From positions 64,001-128,000 of the IMG/VR virus record IMGVR_UViG_3300013121_000020: a stretch of DNA of 64,000 nt; one strand, written 5' to 3'. The notes beneath the pieces are model-generated. The model did not search any database, was not told where the DNA came from, and worked only from the letters and a program-made list of their open reading frames with translations. The number at the start of each line of letters is the position of its first letter. Position 1 is the first letter of the stretch. Position numbers and translations under genes: made by a program. Source of the stretch: a virus. Taxonomy: Duplodnaviria; Caudoviricetes. Positions 17,317 through 27,140 of the stretch are shown piece by piece.

Positions 17317-18612
17317 ATGAAACAACCGCAAGCAAAAGAACGTCCAAGGATCAAGCTCACATTCCAATTTCGAGGATTGGCTGGGATTGATTATGGGCAT
17401 CTTTTTAAAAGTTTTGAATTTCAAGGTATGGTAAATGGTGGTTATATAATTCGCGCTCAATTATATGATGCTAATTATGGTTTATTGAATCGTCTTATGG
17501 AAGAAGGATATCTTAAAGAAACAAGAGAAAATCCAGTAGCAGTACGTTTTCAAATTCTAGCTGGGGTTAATGGAGTCTATCCTGAATCAGCTACGAAACC
17601 ACAGACTGCTATTGTGCTTGGTATAGATGTTGTTGGTGGTCCAGCTGATATTGGAGTTATTGAATTTATGGCAATAGATCCACCATCGTGGTATCTAAAT
17701 ATGGGAGACGCATCTGGTGGTGTATTCAAAGGGCGTGTTGATCAAGTTATTAAACAAGTTATACAGAAATATGCTCCTCAAGTCACTGCTGAAGTTGGTC
17801 GGACCGTTGATTCTGAACAAAATAAATTTTGGATGATGCGACAAGATCCAAAAACATTCTTAGCATCATTGATGGATTGGTCGTCGTCTGTTACTCAACG
17901 GAAGACTAATTGGCTGGTTGAAGTGGATGGTTATAATATATCAATAAAAGAACAGGCGGCATTAGTATCAAAACAGCGTGGATTTTATCGTTATATTTCT
18001 GGAAATAATCAAAGCACTATTGAACGATTAGCGTTAAAAGCCGACAATGCATTGAGTGTTGTGCAAACTAAATTGATTACTGCTGGTCTTTCATCGATTT
18101 CTGGACAATATCTTGATAAAATAACAGATGAGAAAGAAAAGAAAGTTGTTGTGAAAGATAGTAATACAAGTAATAAACAAATCGCAAAGACAAACGATGA
18201 TCAATCATTTTCAAAACCGCCAGACGCTGGTCCAATAAGGGCTGGATGGACTGAAGTAACAGCAATTCCAGAAGTTTATTCAGCTGGTGAGCTTGGTCTA
18301 CGATATGATGAATATATTGACGGTAGGCCACGTGCTTTGTGGTTGAATATGGTGAATTCACTGTTGCGTGCTAAATTTAGCGTTCTTGGACATGGTGAAT
18401 GGTCTGAGTGTCGTGGTTTAGGTATAGATACTGTTTTTATAAAGTGGACTTCTTCAAAAAATATTGGTGGTGATCAATTTTGGTGGACAACCGGTGCGTG
18501 GTTAGTGTATGGATTTAACCATGTAGTTAGTAGTGATGAGTGGACTACTGATTTATATTGTGCTAGATTTGATCACAATGCTGATGCTAGACGTATTGGT
18601 GCGTCTGAATAA
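17317..18612 (+). CDS. probable baseplate hub protein (gp27 / late control D-like)
   Basis: 431 aa; C-terminal FSVLGHG..TGAWLVYGFNHVV..WTTDL is typical of hub proteins; near the tape measure gene. Confidence 0.6.
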   Translation: MKQPQAKERPRIKLTFQFRGLAGIDYGHLFKSFEFQGMVNGGYIIRAQLYDANYGLLNRLMEEGYLKETRENPVAVRFQILAGVNGVYPESATKPQTAIVLGIDVVGGPADIGVIEFMAIDPPSWYLNMGDASGGVFKGRVDQVIKQVIQKYAPQVTAEVGRTVDSEQNKFWMMRQDPKTFLASLMDWSSSVTQRKTNWLVEVDGYNISIKEQAALVSKQRGFYRYISGNNQSTIERLALKADNALSVVQTKLITAGLSSISGQYLDKITDEKEKKVVVKDSNTSNKQIAKTNDDQSFSKPPDAGPIRAGWTEVTAIPEVYSAGELGLRYDEYIDGRPRALWLNMVNSLLRAKFSVLGHGEWSECRGLGIDTVFIKWTSSKNIGGDQFWWTTGAWLVYGFNHVVSSDEWTTDLYCARFDHNADARRIGASE

Positions 18613-18693
18613 TTATTTTTGTGTATTGTATTAGCATCAATACTGTGCCACACTTAAGTAGGTACAGATGATATAACACTACAAAGGAGCATT

Positions 18694-19041
18694 GTGATGA
18701 CTACGCAACAAGATGATGATTTTATTCAATACTACAATGACGATATAAATGAGTGGATTTTATCAGAAAAAGATGAACAAATTGTAAAATCTATTGAAAG
18801 CATGGGATGGAACCAGCTATTGGCTGCTAGAAATCATATCAATAACACGCTGATTGAAGACCCAGCTTTTCAATACAGTAGAGAGAAAACGATTGCGTGT
18901 AAGTGCATTATCCATCGTGCAGAATTTTTGAAACAACGTGGGCTTGATTCAAATCAAAAAATTGGATTTTTTGATTTAGTGTATGAAGGTATGGTGGGTT
19001 ATATAATTGGCAATGAATTTTGCCGAAGAATTGGATTGTAA
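18694..19041 (+). CDS. hypothetical protein
   Basis: AAGGAG SD; 115 aa. Confidence 0.6.
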   Translation: MMTTQQDDDFIQYYNDDINEWILSEKDEQIVKSIESMGWNQLLAARNHINNTLIEDPAFQYSREKTIACKCIIHRAEFLKQRGLDSNQKIGFFDLVYEGMVGYIIGNEFCRRIGL

Positions 19042-19043
19042 CA

Positions 19044-22000
19044 ATGGCTAAAAGCGTTGATCCTAATGTGTATGCTCTTAGCATCCAATTGTCATTGGAG
19101 TCTGGGGATGCGTTCAAGACCTTAGACTCATTTGGCGAGAAAATCAGCAATATTGAGCAACAACTAGCATCGTCTGCTAAAGCGTCACTTCAATCTATTA
19201 AAGATGTGGCGGTTGCTGCTACACAAGCCGTAGTTGATTTATCAACCGCATTTAAGGGTGTTGATGCTAGCACTCTCAGAATGCAGACGACAGTTGTGGA
19301 TACTGGTAAGGAACTAACTGATCAATTTGATAATGGTGAAGACAGGCTTGAAACTGCAGTTGATGAATTTAAACAACTTACTAAAACTCATGATCTTCAT
19401 AAGGATACTGGGAAAGAACTTGGAAAGCATTTAATAGTTGGTGATAAATTCTTAAAAGGATTGGAAGCTATTAATAAGGCGATTGAAGTAAAGAATAAAG
19501 GCCATGAAGAACAAAATCGCTTATTAAAAACAGATGATAAATTAATCAATCAAATGAATTCGTCTTTAGGAGAGACAAATAATAGTGGCAAACGCATTGA
19601 TAGAGAATTTAGAAAAGTTGTGTCTACTGCTTCTGCTATTTGGGGATATATCAAGAGAATTGATGCTGATACGGAAAAATTTGTTACTACAAACTATCGA
19701 GCATACGGATCACAGCAACAACTTGTCCAAAGTTCACGCAATCTTGCTATGACCAATGGTGTTTTCTATGAAAACGCTATTGAAGCATATCAAGTCCTTG
19801 GTAACTTGAAAGTTCCAAGGGAAGAAATGGACAAATATGCTAAAACTATAGCAATTGCCAATCGAACGACTGGTGTTGGTATACCACAAATTGGTGCTTA
19901 TGTTAATAATTTACGACTGGCTGGAATTAATGCAGCACAAGCCGAAAGAAATGTTGCATATATTACTGAATCAATGCGCAAATTTGGATTAAACACACGC
20001 GATGTGAACGCATTGATGAGCCAGAGTGCAGCAAGCACGAAAGTTGCTGCTAGAATTTTCGGTGAAGGTGCTGATGGGATTGGTAAATGGGAACAATCTC
20101 GTGTTACGATGGCGGCGTTTGCACGCCAAGCTGGTCATGGTGCTGAAGAACTTGCGTCATTTGAACAATGGATTTTGAGTGATGTTTCGGCAATGTCTCG
20201 TTTTAAAGATATGACGAACACCACAGAAAAGGGGGTTGATGGTTATCGTCTTGCTATGTTACGAGCGGGTATAGAAACAGAACGGCAAATGGCTGCTCTT
20301 CAAGCTGCAAATGATGGCTCCGCAGAAGCTGCGGCACAATTGATCGTTGAAGAAGAAGTTTTAATCGACGTATATTATGGTAAAAGTAGAGCAGCGTATG
20401 AAGCTGCACGTGCGATGGGACGCGCAGCGAAAACAGCGGGAGTGACTGGTGAGAGTGTTGCAGATCTTGATAAGATTGCTGGAGTTGCAGCTAATACTTT
20501 AGAAAATCAACTTGGTGAAGCTGGTTATACGCTTACTGCTGAATTGAAAACCTTAGGCAGCACATTGTGGTCGGTGACTGGTTCAGTTCTTCAATTTGCC
20601 GCTGACGCTATTGCACCATTTGTGCATGCGTTAAATTGGGTTATACGTCATGTTTCTATGTTTATAGATAAATGGGTAGAATTTAGAACTAGATTGGAAA
20701 ACACAATTCCTGGTTTTAAATATGTTACGAAAATTGCCAGATTTCTTGTCGGTATTGTAATAGCTCTTGTTGTTGGCGTAGCATTGTTGTCGGGTGGGAT
20801 CACGGCTTTTTCAACAGCATTTTCATCTGCTAGTGGTATTATTTCTGGTTCAGCTAAATTTATTGCATCGATTGGTCAAACATTAGTATCGTTAGCAACT
20901 GCGATTGGTGAAGTAATATTTGTTATTTTAAATAGTATTGGTAGAGGGTTGGCGGCACTTGGTAATCAAATTAAACCAGTTATCGTACCATTGCTTGGTT
21001 TGGCTTTGGCGTTGCTTATAATTTCAGTTGCTGCCTATGTGTTTGCCGCTGCTGTTGTTCTTATCGCTAATGCTGGATCTTCTGCAATTCCTGTGATGTT
21101 TGCGTTGGTGATTGCTGTAATCGTTTTATTGACAGCACTTGTGATTTTGGCACAATTCTTAAAAGATCCAACTACAACTGCTGGATTGTTGGTTATTGCT
21201 GTTGTGCTTTTAGCGGTTGGAGTTGCTGCAGTGTTGGTTGGTTTCGGATTAAAACTTGCTGCTCAAGGGATTGAAATTCTATCGCAATCATTGAGCTTTA
21301 AGTTGATTTTGATGATTTTCTTACTGGGCGTTGCGTTGATTAGTCTTGGTGGTATGGGTTTATTAGCAGCACCTGGGATTGTGCTTATTTCAATTGCTAT
21401 GATGGCACTAGCTTTAGCTGTTTATATTCTTGGTAGTAGTTTTAATGATATTCTTGCGGCGTTTACCAAATTTATTGGGATTGCTGGTGATGATTTAGTT
21501 ACTACTAGCATATCATTTTTAGTTGCTGGTGTAGCCTTTTTCAGTGCTGCTATGTTGATGGCTGCTGCTGCTGTTGGGTTTATGGTCGCAGCACCATTGT
21601 TGGTTATTGCTTCGTTTATGGTTTCTAATGCTGCAGTGCTAATGATCCCAGCCGCTGGTATGTTATTAATTGTTGGGGCAACATTGTTGATTGCGTCGTT
21701 GATGATTCTTAATGCATCAATTGTTTTAGCTGTTGCTACTGCTATTTTGATGGCTAGTACACTTTTACTGGCTGTAGCGGCACTTGGTCTCATGTCCGCT
21801 GCATCTTTGTTGATTGTTGGTGGATTGTTGCTGGTGATTGCTAGCGCATTTCTTGCAGTTGGTGCTACTCTTATGATTGTGGGTGCATTGTTAATTATTG
21901 AATCTTCTATGGTTTTGATGGTTGCTGGTGGTTTTCTGCTTGGTGCTAGTCTTGTGATGTCGTTGGGTTTGATGTTGATAAGTGGTTTGGCGAAAGACAT

Positions 22001-22892
22001 TTTTGATGTTGGAATTAGAATTGGTATTGGTGGCAGTATGTTGTATATGGGTGCGACGAAAATTCTCGCTGCTGCTGATCTTCTTGGGTCTAGTGCGTTA
22101 GTTATAAAGATGGTGTCGGCCGATTTGAGTGCTGCTGGTAAGTGGTTAATTCCGGCGTCTCTGGCAATTTATCTTGGTATGAAATTGTTGGAATGGGCGA
22201 TTAGTAGTTTTTCAAAGACGGTTGTTGATATTAATAGTATTGCGATTGCGATTACACTGTTGACTAACGCATTTCAATCTCTTAACAATATTCCAGTTGG
22301 CATGTTACGTGACTTGGCAGCTAATTCGCTGGCAGCTATTCCGAATCTTGATTTACTTGGCGATCAACTTGCTGTTGCTGCCCAGAAATTAGACTCTGGT
22401 GTTACTCAGTTTGAGGGACCTGCAAATCGTCTTATTAGTATTTTGGGTGGATTGAGCGGTGCTATTGCGGAGTTTGGTGCTGGTCTTAAGCTTGGTGATG
22501 ATATTGGACAATTGGCTGAAAAATTGGATAAATATGCTACATTGCTTGAGAATACATCAACACGAATAGAGACAGCAGTAAAATCTAAGGCTGTGCCAGC
22601 CATGAGGGCTGCTGAGGAGGCTGGTGTTGAGGAAGCGATTAGATCAGAAGCGATTTCTACTATTAATGTTACATATGATGATGATACAGCAACTAGTGAA
22701 AATGATAATCAATTGATGGAAATATATAATAAACAGATTGTTTTGCTTGAATCATTAGATGAACGGTTTGCGACGATGCAGACTGGCCGTGATAATGTCA
22801 ATGAAATTTTAACATTGTTGCAAGTTCATTTACCAAGAATGGCGAAAAATGATCAAGGTTTAAGTAGCGATTTTAACTCGTGGCAGAAATAA
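19044..22892 (+). CDS. tape measure protein
   Basis: about 1280 aa, helical Ala/Gly-rich with a long hydrophobic repeat region; precedes baseplate genes. Confidence 0.8.
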   Translation: MAKSVDPNVYALSIQLSLESGDAFKTLDSFGEKISNIEQQLASSAKASLQSIKDVAVAATQAVVDLSTAFKGVDASTLRMQTTVVDTGKELTDQFDNGEDRLETAVDEFKQLTKTHDLHKDTGKELGKHLIVGDKFLKGLEAINKAIEVKNKGHEEQNRLLKTDDKLINQMNSSLGETNNSGKRIDREFRKVVSTASAIWGYIKRIDADTEKFVTTNYRAYGSQQQLVQSSRNLAMTNGVFYENAIEAYQVLGNLKVPREEMDKYAKTIAIANRTTGVGIPQIGAYVNNLRLAGINAAQAERNVAYITESMRKFGLNTRDVNALMSQSAASTKVAARIFGEGADGIGKWEQSRVTMAAFARQAGHGAEELASFEQWILSDVSAMSRFKDMTNTTEKGVDGYRLAMLRAGIETERQMAALQAANDGSAEAAAQLIVEEEVLIDVYYGKSRAAYEAARAMGRAAKTAGVTGESVADLDKIAGVAANTLENQLGEAGYTLTAELKTLGSTLWSVTGSVLQFAADAIAPFVHALNWVIRHVSMFIDKWVEFRTRLENTIPGFKYVTKIARFLVGIVIALVVGVALLSGGITAFSTAFSSASGIISGSAKFIASIGQTLVSLATAIGEVIFVILNSIGRGLAALGNQIKPVIVPLLGLALALLIISVAAYVFAAAVVLIANAGSSAIPVMFALVIAVIVLLTALVILAQFLKDPTTTAGLLVIAVVLLAVGVAAVLVGFGLKLAAQGIEILSQSLSFKLILMIFLLGVALISLGGMGLLAAPGIVLISIAMMALALAVYILGSSFNDILAAFTKFIGIAGDDLVTTSISFLVAGVAFFSAAMLMAAAAVGFMVAAPLLVIASFMVSNAAVLMIPAAGMLLIVGATLLIASLMILNASIVLAVATAILMASTLLLAVAALGLMSAASLLIVGGLLLVIASAFLAVGATLMIVGALLIIESSMVLMVAGGFLLGASLVMSLGLMLISGLAKDIFDVGIRIGIGGSMLYMGATKILAAADLLGSSALVIKMVSADLSAAGKWLIPASLAIYLGMKLLEWAISSFSKTVVDINSIAIAITLLTNAFQSLNNIPVGMLRDLAANSLAAIPNLDLLGDQLAVAAQKLDSGVTQFEGPANRLISILGGLSGAIAEFGAGLKLGDDIGQLAEKLDKYATLLENTSTRIETAVKSKAVPAMRAAEEAGVEEAIRSEAISTINVTYDDDTATSENDNQLMEIYNKQIVLLESLDERFATMQTGRDNVNEILTLLQVHLPRMAKNDQGLSSDFNSWQK

Positions 22893-22893
22893 C

Positions 22894-23445
22894 ATGATGA
22901 CATATCTTCCGATTGATGAAGAGCTTTGTAAAGCAGTGTCATTTCGTATGCCTGGACAGGAGTTGTCAATTGAATTCCAGTTTCCGCCAAAGATTTTAAG
23001 TGATAGTCGAAAGGGTAATTGGGAAGAGAAAGATAATGTCGGTTCTGAGCCAATAGCTATATACAAAACAAGTGGTGCTCGTGAGATTTCTTTAAATTTT
23101 GTTTATATTGTGGATGGTGGTAAATGGACTACTAAAAAAATTTCAGAACAGATTCGAAATCTTAGAGGTTATTTTACTAGATATATATCGGTAGGTCAAG
23201 GACGTGGTCTTGTTGTTATGTTTAAAATGTGGCGGCATGGTGGTGCTAATGAAATGTCTTGTCGCATTCGTGGTGTTGATGTGAAGCATTCAGATTCGAT
23301 TGTTGTTCCAGATGGTGTGGTGAGCGATGCATATGCTTTGCGTTCTGATGTAACGATAGATTTAAGAATTTGGAGTAAAGGTGGTATTCAAAAGATACAA
23401 GATGTTCCTGGTTTAAGAACAGCGCAACCACCAGATTGGTATTAG
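22894..23445 (+). CDS. baseplate tube-initiator / CIS tube-like protein
   Basis: FQFPPKI.SDSRKGNW..GSEPIAIY..SGAREISLNF; immediately after the tape measure gene. Confidence 0.6.
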   Translation: MMTYLPIDEELCKAVSFRMPGQELSIEFQFPPKILSDSRKGNWEEKDNVGSEPIAIYKTSGAREISLNFVYIVDGGKWTTKKISEQIRNLRGYFTRYISVGQGRGLVVMFKMWRHGGANEMSCRIRGVDVKHSDSIVVPDGVVSDAYALRSDVTIDLRIWSKGGIQKIQDVPGLRTAQPPDWY

Positions 23446-23453
23446 GAGAAGTT

Positions 23454-23765
23454 ATGGTGATTGATGATTTTTCAAGGTTCAAAAACACTGAATCGATTAT
23501 TGTTGATGGTAAAGAAACTTTTGGTAGATGGAAACAGTTTTCTTTTTTAACAGAACGACCATCTGACGAACTTATTGGTGTGTTTCAAGTTACATCAGCT
23601 ACTGAAGGTAGGCCGGATTTAATTTCATTAGCGGTTTATGGTACTGTTTATTTAGATTGGGTGATTATTGCTTTTAATAAGGTATATGAAACATTGAATT
23701 GGCCACGAGCCGGTGATGCCATTGAATATCCTTTTGATACTGTAGTGTTTCCAGAATTGTTGTAA
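23454..23765 (+). CDS. baseplate wedge protein, gp53/LysM-like
   Basis: EGRPDLIS..VYG..LDWVIIAFN motif. Confidence 0.8.
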   Translation: MVIDDFSRFKNTESIIVDGKETFGRWKQFSFLTERPSDELIGVFQVTSATEGRPDLISLAVYGTVYLDWVIIAFNKVYETLNWPRAGDAIEYPFDTVVFPELL

Positions 23766-23833
23766 CAATTTTAGTTTGTACATTTCTATGCTGTGAAATT
23801 TATATATAGAGAGCACAAATAGGGAGCCACTAT

Positions 23834-26008
23834 ATGGCAGATAATTTACATGTTGTGTGGAATAAATTTTTTCAACATCGTACTCGAACGCTTTGGGAAC
23901 GATTTCCTGGTTTTTATCGTGCTTTGGTAGTTGAAACAAATGATCCGTTATGTATGATGCGTGTGCGTTTTAAATGTCCAGACATGCATGATTTTTCATT
24001 GTCACCAGAAGATTGTCCGTGGGCTGTTCCTATGAATGATCTTGGTGGAGCGAAAGCTGGGCGATTTAGTCATCCATGCATCGGCGATTGGGTATGGATC
24101 ACATTTGAACGCCAACATCCATATGGCCCGATTTGGACCGGATTTGCACAACCAACACGTAGAAAATTTTATACCTATCCACAAATATTTCAAATTACAC
24201 CATTAAGTGTCAATGAAGAGGGTAAACCAGATAGTAGACCAAATGATTATGACAATCAATATCTGCCACTTGATGGTCGTCCTATGGCACATGGATGGCA
24301 AGATAGATATGGAAATTTAGATATTCACTCATCGGTTGGATTTTTTCCAACAACTCATCAAAATCCGCCCCCACCACCAGATTATGACGCATTAGCATCA
24401 AGTCAATTTAAGAATCAGCAAAACGCCCCCCAACTGAATTTGCCAGATAAAAAGTATATGGCGAGGGTGACAAAATATGGCTGCATGTTTATAATGTCTG
24501 ATCAAGGATATTATTGGAAGAAAGATGACTCAAGTAATGTTGGGGAATTTAAAGGTGATTTTAAATCTGATGAACAATATGAAATTAATCGATGGAAAAA
24601 TCTTCAACGATTATTAAATGAAGATTCTCCAACTAACGACTCTAGACGTGCGATGTTGCTTACGCGATATGGTTCAAGATTTGAGATGCGTGATACTGGG
24701 TGGGCACAGCGTGGACCGCGTGCATCACAGTCTCGTGATGGTGAATTTGGTCCAAGTAGAACATTATCGGTAGAAAATAAAAATGATTTTCGGTGGATTA
24801 AATTGCGTACAAAAGGCGGTATGTTATTTCAGATGTATGATAAAGGATTTGACCCAAACGAAGACGAATTTATAAAAAGAAAATTAGTTGATGAGCAGGG
24901 TCCTAATTCTGAAAAAGAAGATGAATATTGGGGTGGTAAAGATGGCCGGTGGATACGAATGGTTACAAGATATGGATTTAAATTTGTATTAGATGATCGT
25001 GGTAGTCATGATAAGCAAGCTAATGTTCGTGAAACACCTCGTGGTAATGGTATATTATTAAAAGGGCGACGTTCTCCTGGTGCGAAAAATGTTGAATCAT
25101 CTGGTAATCCGCGTGGGTTTTTCTTTGAAATTAATGAAAATGATGCTGCCAATCATACGATGTGGGGGTCTCCTAATGGAATGGTGGTGGAAATGAATGA
25201 TAGATATCAATATATGATGCTTGCTGCGACAATGGGACGTGAATGGTCTGCTGAGTGGCAAGGATTAAAAGAAAATGAATTTATTCGTAAACCAACTATG
25301 TTAAATGATCCAGAAAACAGTGCATATCATTTAAAACTTGATCACGATAATGAATATCTTCGATTGAAAACGCGGGGTGGACGCGGCAATCAGCCAATTA
25401 ATCCAGCTAATGGAAGTGCTGTACGAGAAGAAGATGATGAAATTCAACAAGGATTAGAATCTCGCGATGGACGTGGTGGACAAGGACCGTGGACTGAACT
25501 TGTTGATTGTCAACATCGCGGTTTTTGGTTTAGTAAACGCCAAAATTTAGGTATATGGCGTGCAAAAAAAGATGTGAAAATGTATCAGTGGATGGATGAT
25601 CAAGAAAAAAAGATTGTAATTTATAATAATGAAGACAATGGTTCTATTGAGATATACGCATCTGGTCATATTAATTTTATAGGTGAGAAAGGAATTGCGT
25701 TTAAAACTGATAATAATATTGATTTTAAAGCTGGAAAATCGATTAGATTTCAAGCTGATGACACTCGTGTCACTATAGCTAAAACTCTACAAACTAATAA
25801 AGATATTAGTGCGAAGAAAATTTATGCATTTTTCCCTGGTGTTAGACCTGGAAGTGGTGCGGGTAAAGAGAATCCTGGAGGTGTTAGAGCCAAAAACATT
25901 GAGCAACCAGAATTACCTGAAATTTTGGAACCAAACGATCGTGGGAAAACCTATAATGAACCATTTGAAGAATGTCCACGAGAAGAAGTTGAACATTTAG
26001 ATAAATAA
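23834..26008 (+). CDS. baseplate central spike, gp5/VgrG-like (OB-fold N-terminus)
   Basis: YRALVVETNDP..RVRFKCP..PWAVP..PCIGDWVWITFE..PIWTG; beta-repeat C-terminus. Confidence 0.85.
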   Translation: MADNLHVVWNKFFQHRTRTLWERFPGFYRALVVETNDPLCMMRVRFKCPDMHDFSLSPEDCPWAVPMNDLGGAKAGRFSHPCIGDWVWITFERQHPYGPIWTGFAQPTRRKFYTYPQIFQITPLSVNEEGKPDSRPNDYDNQYLPLDGRPMAHGWQDRYGNLDIHSSVGFFPTTHQNPPPPPDYDALASSQFKNQQNAPQLNLPDKKYMARVTKYGCMFIMSDQGYYWKKDDSSNVGEFKGDFKSDEQYEINRWKNLQRLLNEDSPTNDSRRAMLLTRYGSRFEMRDTGWAQRGPRASQSRDGEFGPSRTLSVENKNDFRWIKLRTKGGMLFQMYDKGFDPNEDEFIKRKLVDEQGPNSEKEDEYWGGKDGRWIRMVTRYGFKFVLDDRGSHDKQANVRETPRGNGILLKGRRSPGAKNVESSGNPRGFFFEINENDAANHTMWGSPNGMVVEMNDRYQYMMLAATMGREWSAEWQGLKENEFIRKPTMLNDPENSAYHLKLDHDNEYLRLKTRGGRGNQPINPANGSAVREEDDEIQQGLESRDGRGGQGPWTELVDCQHRGFWFSKRQNLGIWRAKKDVKMYQWMDDQEKKIVIYNNEDNGSIEIYASGHINFIGEKGIAFKTDNNIDFKAGKSIRFQADDTRVTIAKTLQTNKDISAKKIYAFFPGVRPGSGAGKENPGGVRAKNIEQPELPEILEPNDRGKTYNEPFEECPREEVEHLDK

Positions 26009-26019
26009 CGAGAATAATT

Positions 26020-26748
26020 ATTATTATTAAATTTCCAACTGGATTATATTCATCAATTCTCCCAATAACTCCGGAGGATAAAGGCAATATTACATTTACT
26101 ATAAGTAATAATTTGCCACCACGAACGAATCTAATTTTTCCTAAAGTTCCTATTGGAATTGTTTCACAACGACGTGAGTCCACAGAAAAACCAATCACAT
26201 CTAGGCGTTCTAATTTTGGTGAATTAATATTCAGTGTTTCAAATTCTAAAAGAAGTGTGCTTGGTAACAACGCACGTCAATACGAATTGGGACAAGTGCT
26301 ATCATTTGGAGATAGTCAAACAGTAGACGTTAATCCAATGCTTGTTGGGGCAACGACTGAACTTCGCCATGATACTAACATATTCGACAATGCTTCTATG
26401 GGATTGTCAGATACTGATGTTACAATTATTTCATCTGCATCATTGCAAACGCAAGATATATTGACTAATAAATTGAATTTAATCAAAAAACAACGTGCAG
26501 ATGCTGAATTATCAATAACTATTCAGCAAAAGATTATAAATGAAACTGAGAAAACATTGTCAGCATTGAATGTAGTGCAAAATCAATTTCCAAGCGATGA
26601 TGTTGCATCATTGATTGAGCGGTTACAACAGCGACGTGATGATGCCATATCAAATCGTGATGCTGCTATTGTGTCCGCAAACGATTTAGCTGCACAGGCA
26701 GATGTTGTGCTTGAGCAACTTCGAACTGTAGCAACAGTAGTGAAATAA
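26020..26748 (+). CDS. hypothetical baseplate-cluster protein with C-terminal coiled coil; start uncertain (ATT near 26020 or TTG 26113)
   Basis: frame open from 26005; stop coupled to gp25 start (TAATG). Confidence 0.55.
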   Translation: MIIKFPTGLYSSILPITPEDKGNITFTISNNLPPRTNLIFPKVPIGIVSQRRESTEKPITSRRSNFGELIFSVSNSKRSVLGNNARQYELGQVLSFGDSQTVDVNPMLVGATTELRHDTNIFDNASMGLSDTDVTIISSASLQTQDILTNKLNLIKKQRADAELSITIQQKIINETEKTLSALNVVQNQFPSDDVASLIERLQQRRDDAISNRDAAIVSANDLAAQADVVLEQLRTVATVVK

Positions 26749-27140
26749 TGGCAAAATCTAAAGCTGTGTTATATGGTTGGAATCCACCATTTATTGGTGG
26801 TCCACAAAATATATTATCTAGACAAGAAGATGAGAAACTTGTTAAAAATGATTTGTTACAACTTTTGATGACTGTGCCCGGTGAAAGAGTAATGCGACCA
26901 GAATTTGGTGTTCCGCTGCGTTCATTTGTGTTTGAACAACTTGTTGACTCAGATATTTCAGCGTTGGAAACAACAATTCACGATTCGATTGTTGAACAAG
27001 ATCAAAGAGTTATTGTTGATCAAGTCAATGTCCAACGAGACGATGAACGAAATGGTATAAACATAAAAATAATTGTCAGGCTAAAGAAAAATCCGGCTCG
27101 TGAATTAACAATCGAACAATTTTTAGCAGCGAGGTCCTGA
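26748..27140 (+). CDS. baseplate wedge protein, gp25-like
   Basis: LLMTVPGERVMRPEFG..FVFE. Confidence 0.92.
   Translation: MAKSKAVLYGWNPPFIGGPQNILSRQEDEKLVKNDLLQLLMTVPGERVMRPEFGVPLRSFVFEQLVDSDISALETTIHDSIVEQDQRVIVDQVNVQRDDERNGINIKIIVRLKKNPARELTIEQFLAARS

Noticed and set aside
21422-22000. 192-aa antisense ORF in the tape measure gene, and similar shadows in the sheath, terminase and capsid genes
   Set aside because: Expected by-product of biased sense-strand codons; no SD or domain signal
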